NCBI RefSeq assembly: GCF_006345805.1
Contig: NW_021832631.1
Coordinates: 1-41,770, forward strand
DNA: 41,770 bases
Source of the DNA: Octopus sinensis
Lineage: Eukaryota
Reading direction: 5' to 3'
This document shows, one piece after another, positions 38,371 to 41,770 of the stretch (position 1 is its first letter; every line of letters starts with the position of its first letter). The notes beneath the pieces are model-generated. The model was not told where the DNA came from. It was given only the letters and a program-made list of their open reading frames with translations, and ran no database searches. The position numbers and the translations under genes were made by a program.

Positions 38371-39133
38371 ACTTTAGATTAAGTTAATTAGGTACTTAAG
38401 TTGAGGCACCAAGTCAGTCCGGTATTATCCGCACAGCTCTAAGTAAGTTGAGTAAAAAGCAAATAAGTAACAAGGATGTCAAAGTTTTAATGCATTACGG
38501 CCGTTTCAGGCGGCTCCATTCAATCGCTCAATGCAAGCATTACATCAATTTGAAATACACCGCCTTCCTCGGACGCATAAGCTGATATAGCTTTTCAACA
38601 TACAGGATACTCTATTGTAATCGTTTAGCAAATTTTTCCTCAGAACTAGAGAATGAAAGAATTACATGCTTGTTGCTATTATTGTAACAGAATGAACTCA
38701 GAGAGACGAAACCCCAAGTATAATTTGGAGTGACAGAAGAGAATAACAATGGAAGTCAAGAGATGGTAATATAGCTACATTTATCTTTCTCCTTATGACA
38801 ATCAAAAGATCTAATGCAGCTATTATATTACGTCCACTAAGAATTAAAGACACTGGGAGCTGACAGTTTAGTTTTAGCCGCTGATGATAAATTATTTAGC
38901 GTCAGATACTCATCCCTACTCCTAATTTACTGTGGTTATAAACTCGCTATGGCTACATAAAGGACCATGTCTCAGAAGATGTCACTAAGATAGTGGCTTA
39001 TGTCCAGAAAGAAGCGGGGTAGGGGTGACAAAAACTATTTTATTATTATCATTCAAAAGGGACCCCAAGTAGAAAACAAATGAGGTCACAATGAGGTCAA
39101 ATATGGAAAAAAGCGGACAATGTTATACATATA

Positions 39134-39176
<43 letters not shown>

Positions 39177-39221
39177 GTGTGTGTGTGTGTGTGTGTGGTG
39201 TGTGTGTGTGTGTGTGTGTGT

Positions 39222-39547
39222 GGAGGCGCAATGGCCTAGTGGTTAGGGCAGCGGACTCGCGGTCGTAGGATCGCGGTTTCCATTCCCAGACCTGGCGTTG
39301 TGAGTGTTTATTGAGCGTAAACGCCTAAAGCTCCACGAGGCTCCGGCAGGGGGGGGCGATCCCTGCTGTACACTTTCGCCACAACTTTCTCACACTCTTT
39401 CTTCTGTTGGCCTGCTCGCTTAGCCAGCGGGGTGGCGTCATTTGAAGGCTAAAACAATGCGAAGCGCATTGTGACCAGCGATGTGTAACAACATCTGATG
39501 GCCTGGTCGGTCACGGTGATCACGGGGATCACGGTGATCACGGTGAT
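39222..39547 (+). mobile_element. Family-3 SINE, tail variant 2
   Basis: ggaggcgcaatggcctagtggttagggcagcggactcg head with A and B boxes. Tail ends in about 4 copies of tcacggtga. Confidence 0.85.
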
Positions 39548-39566
39548 ATATATATATATATACACG

Positions 39567-39682
39567 CATTCCAGTGAAGTAGCTGTGCATTAAGCGTTGG
39601 GGTTAAAACATTGTAATATAGTCATTATATCAAAACACATATACAAACACATACAAACACATTCATACGTACGTGTGTGTGC

Positions 39683-39722
<40 letters not shown>

Positions 39723-39827
39723 TATGTGTGTGTGTGTATGCGTTTTGATATAATGACTATATTACAATGTTTTAACCCCAACGCTTAATGCACAGCTACT
39801 TCACATTCCAGTGAAGTAGCTGTGCAT
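39567..39827. repeat. Inverted repeat (63-bp perfect arms) with a 24-bp direct repeat
   Basis: 39574-39636 is the reverse complement of 39742-39804. cattccagtgaagtagctgtgcat occurs at 39567-39590 and 39804-39827. Confidence 0.95.
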
Positions 39828-40169
39828 CTGGGTTGGGGCCAGTTCTTCAGTGTTTATTTGGAGAGAAAATTGAAAAATAAAACCTAAATCGGTGCATACA
39901 TAGAGAGAGGGCGAGGAGGAAGAACAGAAGAGAGAGAGGAGAAGAGAGAGGGGAGAAGAAAGAGAGGGGGAGAAGAGAAAGGGAGAGAGACACATGCAGG
40001 CAGAGAAAACAGACAAAGACAAATAACGATTTACTTTCCGCCATATTTAACATGAATTTGATAACACAAAAAAACCAAACGACCCCTTTTATTTAAAACC
40101 CTCCTTCCTGGCGGCGAAGCCAGTAACAGAAGAGTGGCATATTGATCCCAACACCACAGTGTTCAGTCC

Positions 40170-40290
40170 CTGTTGTGACGTGGTGGCTTGTGTGCCTTCA
40201 ATGACCTTGAGAGCCGTGCCAGTGGAGTGCAAGCTCCTGGTAGAGACACCTATGCCGGACAGGTCAAAGGATAAAGGCCAGACTAATATG
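40170..40290 (+). mobile_element. Probable RTE-clade LINE 5' region fragment
   Basis: ggcttgtgtgccttcaatgaccttgagagc...cctggtagagacacctatgccggacaggtcaaagg...ccagactaa resembles, from memory, Rex3/RTE 5' regions. Confidence 0.45.
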
Positions 40291-40737
40291 GACCTCTTTT
40301 GCCCAGAGATAAAGATGGGTTTACATAAGACCAACACTCCTATCTAGAAAGAAGGACCTCTTTTGCCCAGAGATAAAGATAGGTTTACATAAGACCAACA
40401 CTCCTATCTAGAAAGAAGGACCTCTTTTGCCCAGAGATAAAGATGGGTTTACATAAGACCAACACTCCTATCTAGAAAGAAGGACCTCTTTTGCCCAGAG
40501 ATAAAGATGGGTTTACATAAGACCAACACTCCTATCTAGAAAGAAGGACCTCTTTTGCCCAGAGATAAAGATGGGTTTACATAAGACCAACACTCCTATC
40601 TAGAAAGAAGGACCTCTTTTGCCCAGAGATAAAGATGGGTTTACATAAGACCAACATTCCTATCTAGAAAGAAGGACCTCTTTTGCCCAGAGATAAAGAT
40701 GGGTTTACATAAGACCAACACTCCTATCTAGAAAGAA
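40290..40737. repeat. Minisatellite, 7 x 64 bp
   Basis: Unit ggacctcttttgcccagagataaagatgggtttacataagaccaacactcctatctagaaagaa starts at 40290, 40354, 40418, 40482, 40546, 40610 and 40674. Only two substitutions seen (units 2 and 6). Confidence 0.97.
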
Positions 40738-41544
40738 AGCTAAGATAGGGAAGCTTGGACGATAACAGTGCGTAACATTTTTTTCTTTGGTCAGTAAATG
40801 TTATTTTATATTTGCTTTTATCTAGAAATCAAATGAAATGACTGCTATTCACTCCAAACTTTGCTTTAGTGACCTGGACATTAATGTTTTGAAACTGACC
40901 AATTTTCCATTACATTTCAGACAGATTCAACACTGAGTTGTTGAAGCAGAAATATCGTTATAGCAAATATTCTGCTCAATACCACAGTTGCTTGACTTTA
41001 ACCACATGCTTATGTCCCTTAGTAGCTGACAATATGTGCATCTTTGATCATGAGTAGGGGTAGTGCTGGAGCATCATATCCATGTGTTGAGAGGAATTCT
41101 TTTGGGGTTTGAATAAATGTAACAAAAGCAAAGTTTGAAGGAAATATTAGCCATTTTTCATACTTTCTAGGGGTAAGCAAATAGGAACTGACAGTTGCTA
41201 CCCATGGACAAACATCGTGTTGTACAGTGTAATTCAAAACTAACAGAGCCTGTAAGAGGAAGGTCTTCTCTCAGAGAAGCATATGGGGTGTTGAAGAAGA
41301 GCCGAGAAGCAGTGATCCAACTGAAGAAAAGCAGAAAAGACAGCGCTGGATGAAGAACAGTGAAGATAAATCATCGATAGCCTAAATTCCACGGGGAGTA
41401 TGTATATTGATCAAACATTGGAATTCTCAAAGTAGTCGGCCCGTCGTGGAAGAAATAGTAGTAAAATATCCCACAAATCTTTTCCATGTTTAAATCTCAG
41501 AATGAGATTGAAACAGTAATCGCTCGATAATGTAAAGTATAGAA

Positions 41545-41770
41545 GCCATCTTATCATGGCTAACCACATAGGGGAGGGGGTGTTACTGTAGCTTTAAAGC
41601 CCCAAGAGATCGTCGTCTCTAGCTGGCTTTTTGCGAAGGGATGCCCTCCCCTTGCAAATACTTCAAGGGCACTGATATGGTGTCTAAAGCCAGCTAGAGA
41701 CGACGATCTCTTGGGGCTTTAAGCTACAGTAACACCCCCTCCCCTATGTGGTTAGCCATGATAAGATGGC
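41545..41770. repeat. Fold-back inverted repeat, arms of at least 85 bp
   Basis: 41545-41630 is the reverse complement of 41686-41770 apart from a single-A indel. 55-nt spacer. The right arm reaches the window edge. Confidence 0.95.

Noticed and set aside
38691-38765. Plus-strand 75-nt exon candidate (gtaacag ... ATG|gtaata)
   Set aside because: Stops in all three phases.
39222-39295. tRNA gene
   Set aside because: A and B boxes are present, but it is the head of a multi-copy SINE and I could not close an acceptor stem.
40290-40737. CRISPR-like regular array
   Set aside because: Contiguous 64-bp units with no unique spacers, in eukaryotic DNA with no cas genes.

Overview
AT-rich eukaryotic, non-genic (intronic or intergenic) DNA. 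From recalled repeat families (not database-checked) it looks like an octopus genome. I can support no complete protein-coding gene, rRNA, true tRNA or CRISPR array, and almost all ORF-track entries are translated microsatellites. The window holds very dense simple repeats, three tRNA-derived SINE families (at least 25 copies or fragments, often nested), three mariner remnants, hAT-type MITEs and decayed non-LTR retrotransposons (a zinc-knuckle ORF1, a Jockey/CR1-like RT C-terminus and RTE pieces). Most notable by eye: (1) a ~320-bp palindrome at 19.24-19.56 kb carrying a minimal type I hammerhead ribozyme motif on each strand, plus four more hammerhead-like motifs typical of Penelope-like element termini; (2) a chimeric SINE at 34.8-35.2 kb that has copied ~160 bp of the unique LINE/SINE junction from 22.4-22.6 kb in inverted orientation; (3) two further long inverted repeats (39.6 and 41.5 kb), an ~100-bp duplication flanking a SINE and a young 7 x 64-bp minisatellite; (4) a pre-miRNA-like hairpin and a few weak exon candidates. 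All alignments and folds were done by eye, so ends may be off by a few bases.
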